Below are positions 19,524-29,462 of a stretch of DNA of 64,000 bases, in pieces. Position 1 is the stretch's first letter, and each line of letters opens with the position of its first letter. The notes under the pieces were generated by a model, which did no database searches, was not told the origin of the DNA, and saw nothing but the letters and a program-made list of their open reading frames with translations. The position numbers and the translations under genes were made by a program. Origin of the DNA: a virus (Duplodnaviria > Caudoviricetes); the IMG/VR virus record IMGVR_UViG_3300037067_013150, positions 1 to 64,000 of that record. The stretch is one strand, 5' to 3'.

Positions 19524-19946
19524 TTAACCAAAGTTTACCCAATTAGCATGAACAGGAAATAGATTAGCATCAGATAAAGTTTTACCAATATCTGTATATT
19601 TCCTTTCATATAAAACTTCTTCATCAAATACAAAATAATACCCATCTTCTAGATCATCATATCTATCACCAGATTCATCAGAATATCTAAATATAGTAAT
19701 ATAAAATACAGTATCATTAATTGAAGCTTCTATATCTTTTTGTTCATCTGCATAATACTGAATAACTTGCTCTATTTCATCCCAATATTCTTCATCTGAT
19801 AAACCATTATTATTAATATGATCCCATTCTTCTTTTGTATAAACTTCTTTTACATCATCTTCATCAAAATGAATATTAAGTTTATTAAAATATTCTAGTG
19901 TAGCAGGTAATACATAAGCATTACAAGCAGCATATCCCATTCCCAT
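19524..19946 (-). CDS. Acidic hypothetical protein
   Basis: GGAGG upstream. Confidence 0.8.
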   Translation of the reverse strand: MGMGYAACNAYVLPATLEYFNKLNIHFDEDDVKEVYTKEEWDHINNNGLSDEEYWDEIEQVIQYYADEQKDIEASINDTVFYITIFRYSDESGDRYDDLEDGYYFVFDEEVLYERKYTDIGKTLSDANLFPVHANWVNFG

Positions 19947-19947
19947 A

Positions 19948-20262
19948 TTAATCCTCCCAATTAAATTGTTTTAGTTCATCATATTGAGGACCATCACAAT
20001 CGAAATTAATCCATTTACATTTAAGACTTTTAGCTATATCAAATATATTAATAAATTCATCAGTATAGCCATCTCTTTTTAAAGTTTTACGTGTATCTAC
20101 ATCTACACCAATATAAACTCTCCAACCAAAAGGAGTTGGATCTGCTGAAACATAAGAACTATTATCATTAGATTCATCTAATAGTTTACTATCTTCTATA
20201 GATATGTGTACAGTAGATACTACAAGATGTTTTTCTATTTCTGGATTCTTTATATTAATCAT
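19948..20262 (-). CDS. Hypothetical protein, DUF5983-like
   Basis: VVSTVHIS...CKWINFDCDG...F.W pattern (recalled, unverified). Confidence 0.55.
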   Translation of the reverse strand: MINIKNPEIEKHLVVSTVHISIEDSKLLDESNDNSSYVSADPTPFGWRVYIGVDVDTRKTLKRDGYTDEFINIFDIAKSLKCKWINFDCDGPQYDELKQFNWED

Positions 20263-20437
20263 CTATATCCTCCTCTAAATCAGGATGATTATAATCTAAT
20301 AGAACTACATTACAAGTAATACATTCAATAGTTATATTTTCTGGCTCTTCTACATCACCATAACAAACACATTCTATTTCATGTCCTATATGATTAAGCA
20401 ATTTTTTATAATTATTTTTATTTAAATCCAATGCCAT
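20255..20437 (-). CDS. Hypothetical protein
   Basis: HIGHEIECVCYG...IECITC. Confidence 0.75.
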   Translation of the reverse strand: MALDLNKNNYKKLLNHIGHEIECVCYGDVEEPENITIECITCNVVLLDYNHPDLEEDIDD

Positions 20438-20486
20438 TTTATTTACTCCTTTTTTATAAAATATTTATAATTTTTTACATTTAATA

Positions 20487-20699
20487 TTATTTATCTTCTT
20501 CATAATTCATATGTTCTATATGATAAACTCCTACAAAAGCTACTGCTTTATTTATATATTTGAATTTTTCATCAAAGTTATTATTAAAATATGCTAATGC
20601 CCATACTTCGGGTTCGATACCCTCTTCATCGGGTGTATCTATAGTAACAATCTCCCATGTTTTATCTTGAAAACCAACATATAATTCTACACAATACAT
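20487..20699 (-). CDS. Hypothetical protein
   Basis: GGAGG upstream. Confidence 0.75.
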   Translation of the reverse strand: MYCVELYVGFQDKTWEIVTIDTPDEEGIEPEVWALAYFNNNFDEKFKYINKAVAFVGVYHIEHMNYEEDK

Positions 20700-20894
20700 T
20701 ATATTCCTCCTATTTTATTTTGGATAGATTAGCTATAGTAGTAAGAAATTCTATAGATATTTTATTTATTTTAGTTTGAGTTAAGTCAGAACTTGTTTTT
20801 AATCCTTTAATCATTCCTGTCGATATAGCATGAATTCTAGATAATCTATTAATATATTCTTTACCAAATATTTCTTTAAACATTCTATTCCTCC

Positions 20895-21143
20895 TTATAT
20901 CGTAATAAAATTTAAAATAAATGATTTCATTGAAAGAAGTATTCCTCTTTTAGCAACATCAAAATAAAAATATTGTTCTGATTTCATATTAGGAAGATTA
21001 TATTTAACATGCCAAACACCTCTATTTTTAAAATTTAGTTCTGTAGATTTTACATACTTCAATGTACCTATACAAATATCTCCACATAAACATTTATATG
21101 AATTTGTTTCAATCTTTTTTAAAACAATTGTTTTTAATTTCAT
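20895..21143 (-). CDS. Hypothetical protein
   Basis: GGAG upstream. Confidence 0.7.
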   Translation of the reverse strand: MKLKTIVLKKIETNSYKCLCGDICIGTLKYVKSTELNFKNRGVWHVKYNLPNMKSEQYFYFDVAKRGILLSMKSFILNFITI

Positions 21144-21167
21144 ATATTCTCCTTAATATTATTTATT

Positions 21168-21512
21168 TTATTCTGCAGCCAATCCAAAAAAGAAATATCC
21201 TTTAACTCCTTTTTGACCTTTAAATCCTCTTGATACTTTTAATTTAGTAAGAGCTACCCCAGTAACTTCTATACCAATACACTCTCTTTTATCTATCTTA
21301 TCAAATTCTTTATCTAACCATTTAATGAATTTAGCAGACCCAAATCTAGGATGGTCTTTAACCAATGCAAAACCAACTGTAGTAGATATAGTTCCATTAT
21401 ATCCATCTTGGGTACCAGCATATTCTTCTGCTCGTCTACAAGCAGTTCTATATGCTTCATTCATATCTTTATATTTACCTATTTCAAATTGTTTAAATGA
21501 ACAAGCTCCCAT
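21168..21512 (-). CDS. Hypothetical phage protein (MGA.SF...GYNGTIST)
   Basis: Packed co-directional ORF. Confidence 0.8.
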   Translation of the reverse strand: MGACSFKQFEIGKYKDMNEAYRTACRRAEEYAGTQDGYNGTISTTVGFALVKDHPRFGSAKFIKWLDKEFDKIDKRECIGIEVTGVALTKLKVSRGFKGQKGVKGYFFFGLAAE

Positions 21513-21514
21513 AA

Positions 21515-21727
21515 TTATTCATCCTCTTTAGTTAAAGATTTATTACATAATTCACAAGTATATTTAGTATCCTCGTAATAAGGATGAGGACAATTTACAT
21601 TTCCTTCCCAATCTTCAAACTCAGCTTTATTATCTTCAACTTCTTTTTTAAAATTATCAATACCATCTATCCAACAATCTTTACAATAATCTAAAGGATT
21701 ATTATCCATATCATATATTCTTGGCAT
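21515..21727 (-). CDS. Cys/His-rich hypothetical protein
   Basis: CKDC, CPH, CELC. Confidence 0.75.
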   Translation of the reverse strand: MPRIYDMDNNPLDYCKDCWIDGIDNFKKEVEDNKAEFEDWEGNVNCPHPYYEDTKYTCELCNKSLTKEDE

Positions 21728-22062
21728 TATATTTCTCCTATTATTTTAACCTTATTGGCCAATAGAACACCAGGATTACCTCTTGGTTTCTTATGCCAAT
21801 CTGTAGCATTACACATAATAATAGTTTTATTACTTTTATCTTTAAATCTATTCAAATATTTCCGACAAAGTTCTTCTGTTTGTATAACATGAATACCACT
21901 AAGATATATCTTTTTCTTATTAGTTTTCTTATCATAAGATTCATAGACCATTTTCTTTTTAGCAATAAGAATAGATCCATTAGTAAACATATTCTTTCTT
22001 TCATGGAATAGATATTTATATTTATTAGTATCAACTTTTTCTACAATTTTATATGTAATCAT
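21727..22062 (-). CDS. Hypothetical protein
   Basis: GAGGAGG upstream. Confidence 0.75.
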   Translation of the reverse strand: MITYKIVEKVDTNKYKYLFHERKNMFTNGSILIAKKKMVYESYDKKTNKKKIYLSGIHVIQTEELCRKYLNRFKDKSNKTIIMCNATDWHKKPRGNPGVLLANKVKIIGEI

Positions 22063-22218
22063 TTATCCTCCTCTATTATAGAATTCCATTTTCCTATTTC
22101 ATCAAACCAATAATCATATATTACTGACTCATTTTCTATAAAAAAATTTTCTATTGTATCTTCTCCATAAGATATAATTAATTTATTAACTATATTAGTA
22201 AGCATATTATTAATTGTA

Positions 22219-22434
22219 TTATTTTTTGAGTTCATGTAAATCTTTCCTTACATACTTAATTTTTGTTAGTGACCAATCATCAGAATTAGGATAACAAGTT
22301 TCTATACATGACATTGCTTCTCTATCTGCATCATGTTCTGTTCTGTCTTTTATAATCCAAGAAGCTATCATTTTATTATTTTTATTATAAACTCTAACTT
22401 CCCAATTAAACAATTTTTCAAATGATTTATTCAT
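22219..22434 (-). CDS. Hypothetical protein
   Basis: Packed co-directional ORF. Confidence 0.7.
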   Translation of the reverse strand: MNKSFEKLFNWEVRVYNKNNKMIASWIIKDRTEHDADREAMSCIETCYPNSDDWSLTKIKYVRKDLHELKK

Positions 22435-22446
22435 TATCTATCTCTC

Positions 22447-22692
22447 TTAAATATAAATATCAATCACATCCCAATTAATACCTATAGTAGCATCATGATG
22501 TTTTTCAATATCAGCTAGTATTTCTCTTGCTTTTTTCTTTCCTATTTTAATACCCCTTTCTTTTGCTCTATCAATAATATCTTCAATACCCCAAGTAATA
22601 AATATCTCATCATTAGTATTAATAATTTTTAAAGCTTCATCAATTTTACCATCTTTAAGTAATTCAATTGTTCTATTTATTGTATATGACAT
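22447..22692 (-). CDS. Hypothetical protein (HDATIGINW motif)
   Basis: Packed co-directional ORF. Confidence 0.75.
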   Translation of the reverse strand: MSYTINRTIELLKDGKIDEALKIINTNDEIFITWGIEDIIDRAKERGIKIGKKKAREILADIEKHHDATIGINWDVIDIYI

Positions 22693-22693
22693 A

Positions 22694-22906
22694 TTAATTC
22701 ACCCAATCCTCTATAGTATTTAATCTTTTACATTCTTTTACTAATCCATCATAAACTTCTTCTGTTAAAAGCATAACCTTTTCTATTTTAGGCATTTTAT
22801 CTCCAGCATCTGCATCATCATAATCAAATAGATGCAATTCTATTTCTGTGTCAGATAGTATTTGTTGTATTGTTCCACCACCTATTACGACAACTACACG
22901 ATTCAT
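22694..22906 (-). CDS. Hypothetical protein
   Basis: GGAGG upstream. Confidence 0.75.
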   Translation of the reverse strand: MNRVVVVIGGGTIQQILSDTEIELHLFDYDDADAGDKMPKIEKVMLLTEEVYDGLVKECKRLNTIEDWVN

Positions 22907-22928
22907 ATTAACCTCCTATAATAAAGAT

Positions 22929-22953
22929 AAAAAAGCCCTGTACTTGACAGGGT
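22929..22953 (-). terminator. Intrinsic terminator
   Basis: Minus strand ACCCTGT-caagt-ACAGGGC followed by T6. Confidence 0.7.
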
Positions 22954-22966
22954 AATTTTATCCTTG

Positions 22967-23563
22967 TTATCGGCAATTCTTTTTACATCGTTTATCTAAC
23001 TTATCCATAGCATCCCTAGTAGCTTCTTTAAAAGGATATTTAGCATAAAGTCTTACAGGATAATATTTATCTCCTTTATTCTTTTCCATTGATTTAAATC
23101 TATCCTTCTTTGGAAGAGGTGCTTTATTAAATCCTTTATATACTTCCAATACTTTATTATCTAAATCAAGTACATATGCCCACTCACAAAACAAAGAATC
23201 TGCAGCAAAATCAATACTATCTTGTAATTCTCTTACTCCTCCATCTTGAATATATGATAGAATATCTCCACCACATTCTCTAACAAGATGAGGCCATTTA
23301 GCTGCAAATTTATCTGATATATCCATATTTACCCATTCTGATTTTGGATCAGCACCAACAGATACATATCTTCTTTGAATTTCTTTGGATGATATAAATT
23401 TACATTCTTTAAGAGCTTTCTTAAATTTTGTAAGTTTCATTTCATTCTGAATAAAATCACAAATGATAATACCCTGACCAGTAGGATAACCATCCCATTG
23501 ACCATACTGAGCTACTTTATATTCTCCTTTTAATACTACTGCAATCAAATGTCTTGTACCCAT
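22967..23563 (-). CDS. Conserved phage protein (MGTR...DGYP family)
   Basis: MGTRHLI...YGQWDGYPTG...FCEWAYVLDLD. Confidence 0.8.
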   Translation of the reverse strand: MGTRHLIAVVLKGEYKVAQYGQWDGYPTGQGIIICDFIQNEMKLTKFKKALKECKFISSKEIQRRYVSVGADPKSEWVNMDISDKFAAKWPHLVRECGGDILSYIQDGGVRELQDSIDFAADSLFCEWAYVLDLDNKVLEVYKGFNKAPLPKKDRFKSMEKNKGDKYYPVRLYAKYPFKEATRDAMDKLDKRCKKNCR

Positions 23564-23724
23564 TATTTATCTCCTATAATTGTTTACTATATTCTTTAAG
23601 AAATTCACCATCAGATAAATTATAACAATATTTACATACATTAAATTTACCATGAAGTTCTTGATCTATATTTCTAAAATCCTTAACAATAGCTTCTTTA
23701 CGTCTACAACATTCACATATCATT

Positions 23725-24225
23725 TTATTTAATCCTCCCTAATTCAAATGCTAAAATGGATGCTTGTATAAACTGCCATTCATTTTTAGTATATTCTTCA
23801 TCACTCCATTTAAGATATTCCATAATATCTTTAATATTAATATTATTATTTATTAAATAAATAATTAAATCGGGTTCGATTCTCCTTTCTGGTCCATTTA
23901 TACCCAATCCTTCAAAGAATTCTATTGGACAAAAATTATATAATGATTCTAATAAATCATTATTATCTTTTTTATAAAATATATTTAAAAATACTATTAA
24001 TTTATGTACATTAGGAAAAGTACAAGTATGACTATCTTTACTATCATATCTTCCATAATAATCATCAGAATAATAATAAGTAATATAATCAGTACAAAAT
24101 TTACAACACCCTTTACCCTCTCCTAATTTATTAGATTTATATGGACAATCTGTTCCATCAATATAATCAAGTTCATTATAATAATTATAACTATCTCCAT
24201 AATCAGTTTTTTTATAAATGTACAT
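23725..24225 (-). CDS. Hypothetical protein
   Basis: Packed co-directional ORF. Confidence 0.7.
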   Translation of the reverse strand: MYIYKKTDYGDSYNYYNELDYIDGTDCPYKSNKLGEGKGCCKFCTDYITYYYSDDYYGRYDSKDSHTCTFPNVHKLIVFLNIFYKKDNNDLLESLYNFCPIEFFEGLGINGPERRIEPDLIIYLINNNINIKDIMEYLKWSDEEYTKNEWQFIQASILAFELGRIK

Positions 24226-24640
24226 CTGCTTTATTCTCCTTCTTCAATAATACAGTTAATCTCTTAGCAGAAGATGTATTATACATTTCTTCACTAATAT
24301 TATGATTAAATTTATATATACAAGGAAGACATAAACGTGCATACTTCTTGTCTGGTGTTGTTCCATTCCAAATATATGGGATATAAATAATAATTAAAGC
24401 CCATACATTTATAGGAATTAATTCCTGACAACAAGAACATTTAGTATTTTCATATTTTATTGGGGCAGTAAAATGCCAACCTCTTCCAGAGGATTCCTCT
24501 TTATCTAATAGATTACCAAAGTATTTAAGACAATGCATACATATATGATCATAAGCATTAGTCATATATGGTTCATCTTTAATAATTGGTTTCTTACAAT
24601 TACTACATTTTTTCATTCGTCTATTGATTTCTTCATGCAT
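24212..24640 (-). CDS. Double Zn-finger hypothetical protein
   Basis: CSNC/CMHC and CSCC/CLPC. Confidence 0.75.
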   Translation of the reverse strand: MHEEINRRMKKCSNCKKPIIKDEPYMTNAYDHICMHCLKYFGNLLDKEESSGRGWHFTAPIKYENTKCSCCQELIPINVWALIIIYIPYIWNGTTPDKKYARLCLPCIYKFNHNISEEMYNTSSAKRLTVLLKKENKADVHL

Positions 24641-24662
24641 ATAATTATCCCTTAATTAAGAT

Positions 24663-24692
24663 AAAAATGCCTAGATAAGAATCTATCTAGGC
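24663..24692 (-). terminator. Intrinsic terminator
   Basis: GCCTAGATA stem / TATCTAGGC, T-run on the minus strand. Confidence 0.65.
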
Positions 24693-24712
24693 TAATTTAA
24701 TTCAATTAATAT

Positions 24713-24991
24713 TTATAAATCTTTCTTTCGTTGTACATCATCACAAAATATTAACCAATTATCTCTTCCACCACAACGTTCCATTGTTTGCCAGAATACT
24801 TCTTTCTCGTTATCAAAATCTATATATCCAGCAGTTTTTAAAGCATCTCTGGCAGTATATTTATATTGATCATCATATCCATAGTTAAAAGGAACATGAG
24901 CTACAAGTTTATTATCAATATATACTTTAACACTATGATATGTATTACCAGCCCTTTTATCAAACCATCGTTTAGCTTTTATAATATACAT
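24713..24991 (-). CDS. Hypothetical phage protein (WFD..GNTYHS..YGY)
   Basis: Packed co-directional ORF. Confidence 0.8.
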   Translation of the reverse strand: MYIIKAKRWFDKRAGNTYHSVKVYIDNKLVAHVPFNYGYDDQYKYTARDALKTAGYIDFDNEKEVFWQTMERCGGRDNWLIFCDDVQRKKDL

Positions 24992-24995
24992 AATA

Positions 24996-25490
24996 TTAAT
25001 ATCCTTCTTTAAATTTAGAAAGTGCTCCAGATACTACCAATTTAATTTTCAATTCATTCCATTCATCTTCTTTTGTAATAGGAATAGTAAGAATAGTTTT
25101 AAATCGTTGTTTCTTTCCATATGAAACTTCTTTAACAATTAATTCATCTGGAGTAACTTCATACAAAAATTCTATATCTCCATGAATTCCATTAGATATT
25201 CCATTAGATAAACAACCCATATCTACTATATTATAATAATCATATCCTCTGGATTTAATCATATGATGCATACACCATGCTGCTGCATAAGAAGTATCAC
25301 TTAATCCTCTATTTCTTTGAAATGCAAATAGAAAAGGAATAAGATAAGGAAGGATACCAGAAGGATATCCATCCATATGAAAATATAGTATATAATCTGG
25401 TTTCTTTTGAATACCATCTTTTATCAATCTACCAGTTTCATCTTTTTTTGTTTTATAATTATGAAATGTTACATGACTTCTTGTTGACAT
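24996..25490 (-). CDS. Conserved phage protein (MSTR...DGYP family)
   Basis: MSTRSHV...YFHMDGYPSG...HGDIEFLYEV. Confidence 0.8.
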   Translation of the reverse strand: MSTRSHVTFHNYKTKKDETGRLIKDGIQKKPDYILYFHMDGYPSGILPYLIPFLFAFQRNRGLSDTSYAAAWCMHHMIKSRGYDYYNIVDMGCLSNGISNGIHGDIEFLYEVTPDELIVKEVSYGKKQRFKTILTIPITKEDEWNELKIKLVVSGALSKFKEGY

Positions 25491-25641
25491 TATTTAACTC
25501 CTTTCTTATGTCTATAATTATTTTCTAAATCTTCTATTAGTTCATACATCTTTTTTGCTTCTTGAGGATTTTGTGATTCTATGCTAACTGCTTTCCAAAA
25601 GAAATCATTTATCTCTTTATAAGGACGACCCCTTTCATTGT

Positions 25642-26049
25642 TCATTTTGTTTTCTCCACAAGAAATTTATTTTTTATATCTTTCATGGTTTTTTTATACC
25701 AAATATTTGTAAGAAGTCTTTTTTTAGAATATGGTATTTTACTATAATCATTATCATCTTCTCCATTACACTCACCATGAGTCTTTCTATAAGGACACAT
25801 AGTACAATCAGAATTATATCTACTTGTACTAAAAAATACACAGAAAGGACAAACTGTTGGTCCGAGTTCTTCTTCACCCATAGTAACATTTTTATATATT
25901 ATATTCCAAGCTCTTTTAGCCTTCCTAACACCAATAGTTAACATATATTTATGATCTGCTTCTATATAATATCTTTTAATACGTAGTTTGTTTCTCTTTT
26001 TTTTCATTAACTCATCAAGACATAATGCATATACATTTGGTTCTTTCAT
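25642..26049 (-). CDS. Cys-cluster paralog (CPFC...CxxCxY)
   Basis: CPFCVFF...CTMCPYRKTHGEC. Confidence 0.75.
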   Translation of the reverse strand: MKEPNVYALCLDELMKKKRNKLRIKRYYIEADHKYMLTIGVRKAKRAWNIIYKNVTMGEEELGPTVCPFCVFFSTSRYNSDCTMCPYRKTHGECNGEDDNDYSKIPYSKKRLLTNIWYKKTMKDIKNKFLVEKTK

Positions 26050-26669
26050 ACATCCTCCTTATTTAAGTCCTTAATTTTCATCTCCAAATCTTTAGCTTCT
26101 ATATATTCTATATCATAGTTATGTAATGATTTAATCTTTAGTTTATATAATTCTCCTAAAAGATTAGTATTATATTTTGTATTTTCAATAACTTCTCTTA
26201 TAAAAATATAATTAATATTTCTATCTGTTACCATATGTAATATTTTTTTGTTATCTATCTTAATATAAAAATATGTACCTATTTTTAAGGTCTTTGCTAA
26301 ATATTTTCTTTTATTAATTATTTCCCACATCTTCTTTCTCCATTCAATAGCATAGTTAGATTCAGTTGGAGTAAGAAGTTTCATTATTCTTTCTGGACAG
26401 TTATACATACCAGGTCCGCAAGACTCATCCATATCTTTATAACCAAAATTATAATAACCTCTATTAAATCTAACTAGATAAGTAGCAGCGAATACATACT
26501 CTTTATTAGATTCAATATCTTGATATTTTATAGCTGCATAAGCCTCTTGTCTATTTACTAATGATGAATCAAGTACAGTAAATTTAATATTTTCACTATC
26601 AGTTCTAAATTGCTTTTCAAAAAATTCTTGAATTGTTTTCCAATTTTTATAATAATAAGTCCAACCCAT
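26046..26669 (-). CDS. Hypothetical protein, DUF6927-like
   Basis: MGWT...FGYKDMDESCGP...CPERIMKLLTP...A.EWR pattern (recalled, unverified). Confidence 0.6.
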   Translation of the reverse strand: MGWTYYYKNWKTIQEFFEKQFRTDSENIKFTVLDSSLVNRQEAYAAIKYQDIESNKEYVFAATYLVRFNRGYYNFGYKDMDESCGPGMYNCPERIMKLLTPTESNYAIEWRKKMWEIINKRKYLAKTLKIGTYFYIKIDNKKILHMVTDRNINYIFIREVIENTKYNTNLLGELYKLKIKSLHNYDIEYIEAKDLEMKIKDLNKEDV

Positions 26670-26856
26670 AGTTACCTCCTGTTTTATTTACTATAATAGT
26701 ATAATCTTCTATAGTAGTATCAAGTATATCAGCATGACCTGTCTTATCAATAATATTATAATCCAATTCTTGGATAACCTCTTCAATTTCTGTACCTTCA
26801 TCTACTATTGCAATAACTTTAATATCAAGATGAAAATAAACTTTTCTACTTGCCAT
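26647..26856 (-). CDS. Hypothetical protein
   Basis: Packed co-directional ORF. Confidence 0.75.
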   Translation of the reverse strand: MASRKVYFHLDIKVIAIVDEGTEIEEVIQELDYNIIDKTGHADILDTTIEDYTIIVNKTGGNYGLDLLL

Positions 26857-26858
26857 GA

Positions 26859-27110
26859 TTACCTCTCAAATCCTATTAAAATAGGTATATATAATGTAAG
26901 TATAGTACCTAATAATGCACCACATACATAAGCTATTCGATCATATCCATTAGCAATGGATAAGTCTTTAACATTATAAGTCCATATTATGGATATAAAA
27001 GAACTTATAATTATAGCTCCTATATACATCTTATGTGATATAAGCCATATATTGGCTGTAGTTAAAGATACTATACCAAAAGCTCTTATAAATATAAATA
27101 ATCTTTTCAT
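26859..27110 (-). CDS. Small multi-TM membrane protein
   Basis: Three hydrophobic segments; GGAGG upstream. Confidence 0.8.
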   Translation of the reverse strand: MKRLFIFIRAFGIVSLTTANIWLISHKMYIGAIIISSFISIIWTYNVKDLSIANGYDRIAYVCGALLGTILTLYIPILIGFER

Positions 27111-27130
27111 GTATCCTCCTTAATTAATTT

Positions 27131-27156
27131 AAAGAAAAGCCCCTCCGAAGAGGGGC
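27131..27156 (-). terminator. Intrinsic terminator
   Basis: GCCCCTC-loop-GAGGGGC with TTTTCTTT on the minus strand. Confidence 0.8.
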
Positions 27157-27171
27157 ATGATTTCAAATCAA

Positions 27172-27489
27172 TTATGATTTTACTACTACAAGTTTATTTG
27201 TAGATACATAATATACAACATCTTTTATTTGTTCAGATGAAAGATATTTCTCTGCCATCTTTACAGATACACCAATAGAATCTTGAAATTGTTTAGGTGT
27301 AACTGATTTCTTATACAAATTAATATCAATCTTACGAAGATCATTCTTTGATGTTATCAAAGAAAATCTACCTTGTTTTTGTATATCCTTAAATTTGATA
27401 TAAGTAAGTAGTTTAATTCTTTCTTTCTTGAATTCGATAAGTTTCTTATCAATCTCATACAACTGTTTAAGATAATTTTTTTCAAACAT
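27172..27489 (-). CDS. Hypothetical protein
   Basis: Packed co-directional ORF. Confidence 0.75.
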   Translation of the reverse strand: MFEKNYLKQLYEIDKKLIEFKKERIKLLTYIKFKDIQKQGRFSLITSKNDLRKIDINLYKKSVTPKQFQDSIGVSVKMAEKYLSSEQIKDVVYYVSTNKLVVVKS

Positions 27490-27652
27490 AAATGTCCTCG
27501 ATTCTTAGTTCTGTTTTACAAACAGAACAATAATATATTTTTTCTAACTTTTTTGTAATTGTTCCATCAAGATTTGTTTCCTCTAATACAATTACTTGAT
27601 TAGGATATTCACATTCAGAACAATTAGCAATCTCTTTAACATATTTTATCAT
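27482..27652 (-). CDS. Small Zn-finger protein (56 aa, not in track)
   Basis: CSEC...CSVC; stop overlaps the next start. Confidence 0.7.
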   Translation of the reverse strand: MIKYVKEIANCSECEYPNQVIVLEETNLDGTITKKLEKIYYCSVCKTELRIEDIYV

Positions 27653-27761
27653 TTAAGTTACCTTTTATTTCTTTTACTACACCATTAATAAATATATTAT
27701 TGGTGTTATTATATTAAATTTATTTAACAAACTTTTATATGTTTCCAAGTTTTATTTGCTC

Positions 27762-27836
27762 TTATTCATTATTTGTTTTATAATCAACATATCTTTTTAA
27801 TTTTTCTATTTCACGCTGAGTCCATACTTTTTTCAT
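27762..27836 (-). pseudogene. Possible truncated HTH/Myb-like remnant
   Basis: GGAG + MKKVWTQREIEKLKRYVDYKTNNE*; helix-like continuation fragments lie in other frames. Confidence 0.3.
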
Positions 27837-27845
27837 TCTATTCTC

Positions 27846-29462
27846 CTAACTTTTTATTTCAATAATTCCTTTATTCCATTTAGGTACATATCTTTTATCA
27901 TAATATCCTGCTAAAATAAACATGGTATTTATACAGGGTTTGTTTGGATATATTGACATTGCATCTGTAAAAGTAAACAACAAATTATTTGTTTTATTAT
28001 ATCTCTTTTCTTTTATATAATCATATAAGACTTCGTGTGAAGTTCCTCCACCACCATGTATTTTAATATTCATAATTTTTGATACATTACCATTTTTAAT
28101 TAGGTAATCATCATGTACTTTTGCATCGTGTGTAATAACACGCATTTCAGCACCGGGAAAAGACCTAGCTAAAGATATAATCCCTGTCATAAAGATAGAT
28201 AAAGTATGAGGATCAACAGATCCAGAAGTATCTATAGCTATTAATACAACTGGATGTTCACCAACAACAGATGGTAAATATAGTTTCTGACTTATATATT
28301 TACGATTAGGTTTAGACCATACAAAATCCTGTGGCATACTTCTTTGTATTTGTCTTGAAAGAATAGCATACCAATTAATATAATTCTTATTATATATCTC
28401 AAATTCTCTTCCCAATCCAGCAGGAATCTTTCCTCTTTGCTTGGCATAATTATATGCAGTTGAATTGATCCTATCCCAATCCTTCTCTGTAGTAGATGGT
28501 TGTGGGTTCGATTTCCCCTTTTCACTTCCTTTGCTATCCTGTAGTTCTTTATCTACATCTGATTCCTTTTTATCAAATTCATGAGTATCTAATCCTTCGG
28601 ATTCTTCTTTAGGAACATATACCTCCAGATTACCAGTTTGTTTACCTTTACTCTTTGAACCCCCATCTTCACTTTCTTCTCCTTCTCCTTCTCCTTCCCC
28701 TTCTTTGTCTGACTTCTCTCCATCACCAGAAGATTTATTACCTTTCTTTTTCTTTTGTTGTTCCTTTTGCTTATCAAATAATCCTTTCTTTAAATCTTCA
28801 TAGATCTCTTCTGAACTCTTTTTACTAATATCAGTTATAGTAACACCAGCAAATTCATATGTATCATTCTTTGGTACACATATCTTCTCTGGTGGGATTA
28901 AACCACTATTAACTAATATGTTATTATCAACAAGATCAATAGCTATATTCCATAAAGAAAAATATATCTTTGAGTAAAAAGATAGTTCCTTTCCTATTGG
29001 TATAACATTATTATGAGTTAAAGATACTATACCAGTTTTATAATCAATAATATAATCTACATCTTCTTTATAAATTGTATTAGTTAAATCATCTGCAACT
29101 ACCATATGATTCTTACTAGGAATAAATTTTAATGTAATAAAGCTATTAGTTTTATTAGGAAATATATATTTATCTGGTTCAGTTATAGCAGATAAAGTAA
29201 TTGTTCTACCTTTACCTCTCTCATGATGTTTTAAAGCTAGATGTTCTCCTTCATGAGCTAAAGCAAATACTAACTCATCATCATTTAAAGATAATATAAA
29301 TGATGGATTATAATATAGATTTCCATATCTATCTATAGCCAATGTTCTTTCCGTAGCCCTTTCTATTATAGTTAAGTGTTCAACTATATAGGAGAAGTAT
29401 GGCATACGGGAATACATTCTTATTTTGGCTCTACTTATTTTCTCTCTAGGTGTTAGTGCCAT
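27846..29462 (-). CDS. DUF2201-type metallopeptidase + VWA domain protein
   Basis: HEGEH, LWNIAID, acidic/Gly-Ser linker, MIDAS IDTSGS...GGGGT...FTD. Confidence 0.88.
   Translation of the reverse strand: MALTPREKISRAKIRMYSRMPYFSYIVEHLTIIERATERTLAIDRYGNLYYNPSFILSLNDDELVFALAHEGEHLALKHHERGKGRTITLSAITEPDKYIFPNKTNSFITLKFIPSKNHMVVADDLTNTIYKEDVDYIIDYKTGIVSLTHNNVIPIGKELSFYSKIYFSLWNIAIDLVDNNILVNSGLIPPEKICVPKNDTYEFAGVTITDISKKSSEEIYEDLKKGLFDKQKEQQKKKKGNKSSGDGEKSDKEGEGEGEGEESEDGGSKSKGKQTGNLEVYVPKEESEGLDTHEFDKKESDVDKELQDSKGSEKGKSNPQPSTTEKDWDRINSTAYNYAKQRGKIPAGLGREFEIYNKNYINWYAILSRQIQRSMPQDFVWSKPNRKYISQKLYLPSVVGEHPVVLIAIDTSGSVDPHTLSIFMTGIISLARSFPGAEMRVITHDAKVHDDYLIKNGNVSKIMNIKIHGGGGTSHEVLYDYIKEKRYNKTNNLLFTFTDAMSIYPNKPCINTMFILAGYYDKRYVPKWNKGIIEIKS

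Noticed and set aside
27546-27556. A_AAA_AAG -1 slippery heptamer in the 56-aa Zn-finger gene
   Set aside because: The zero frame already encodes both CxxC pairs and ends overlapping the next gene, so no shift is needed
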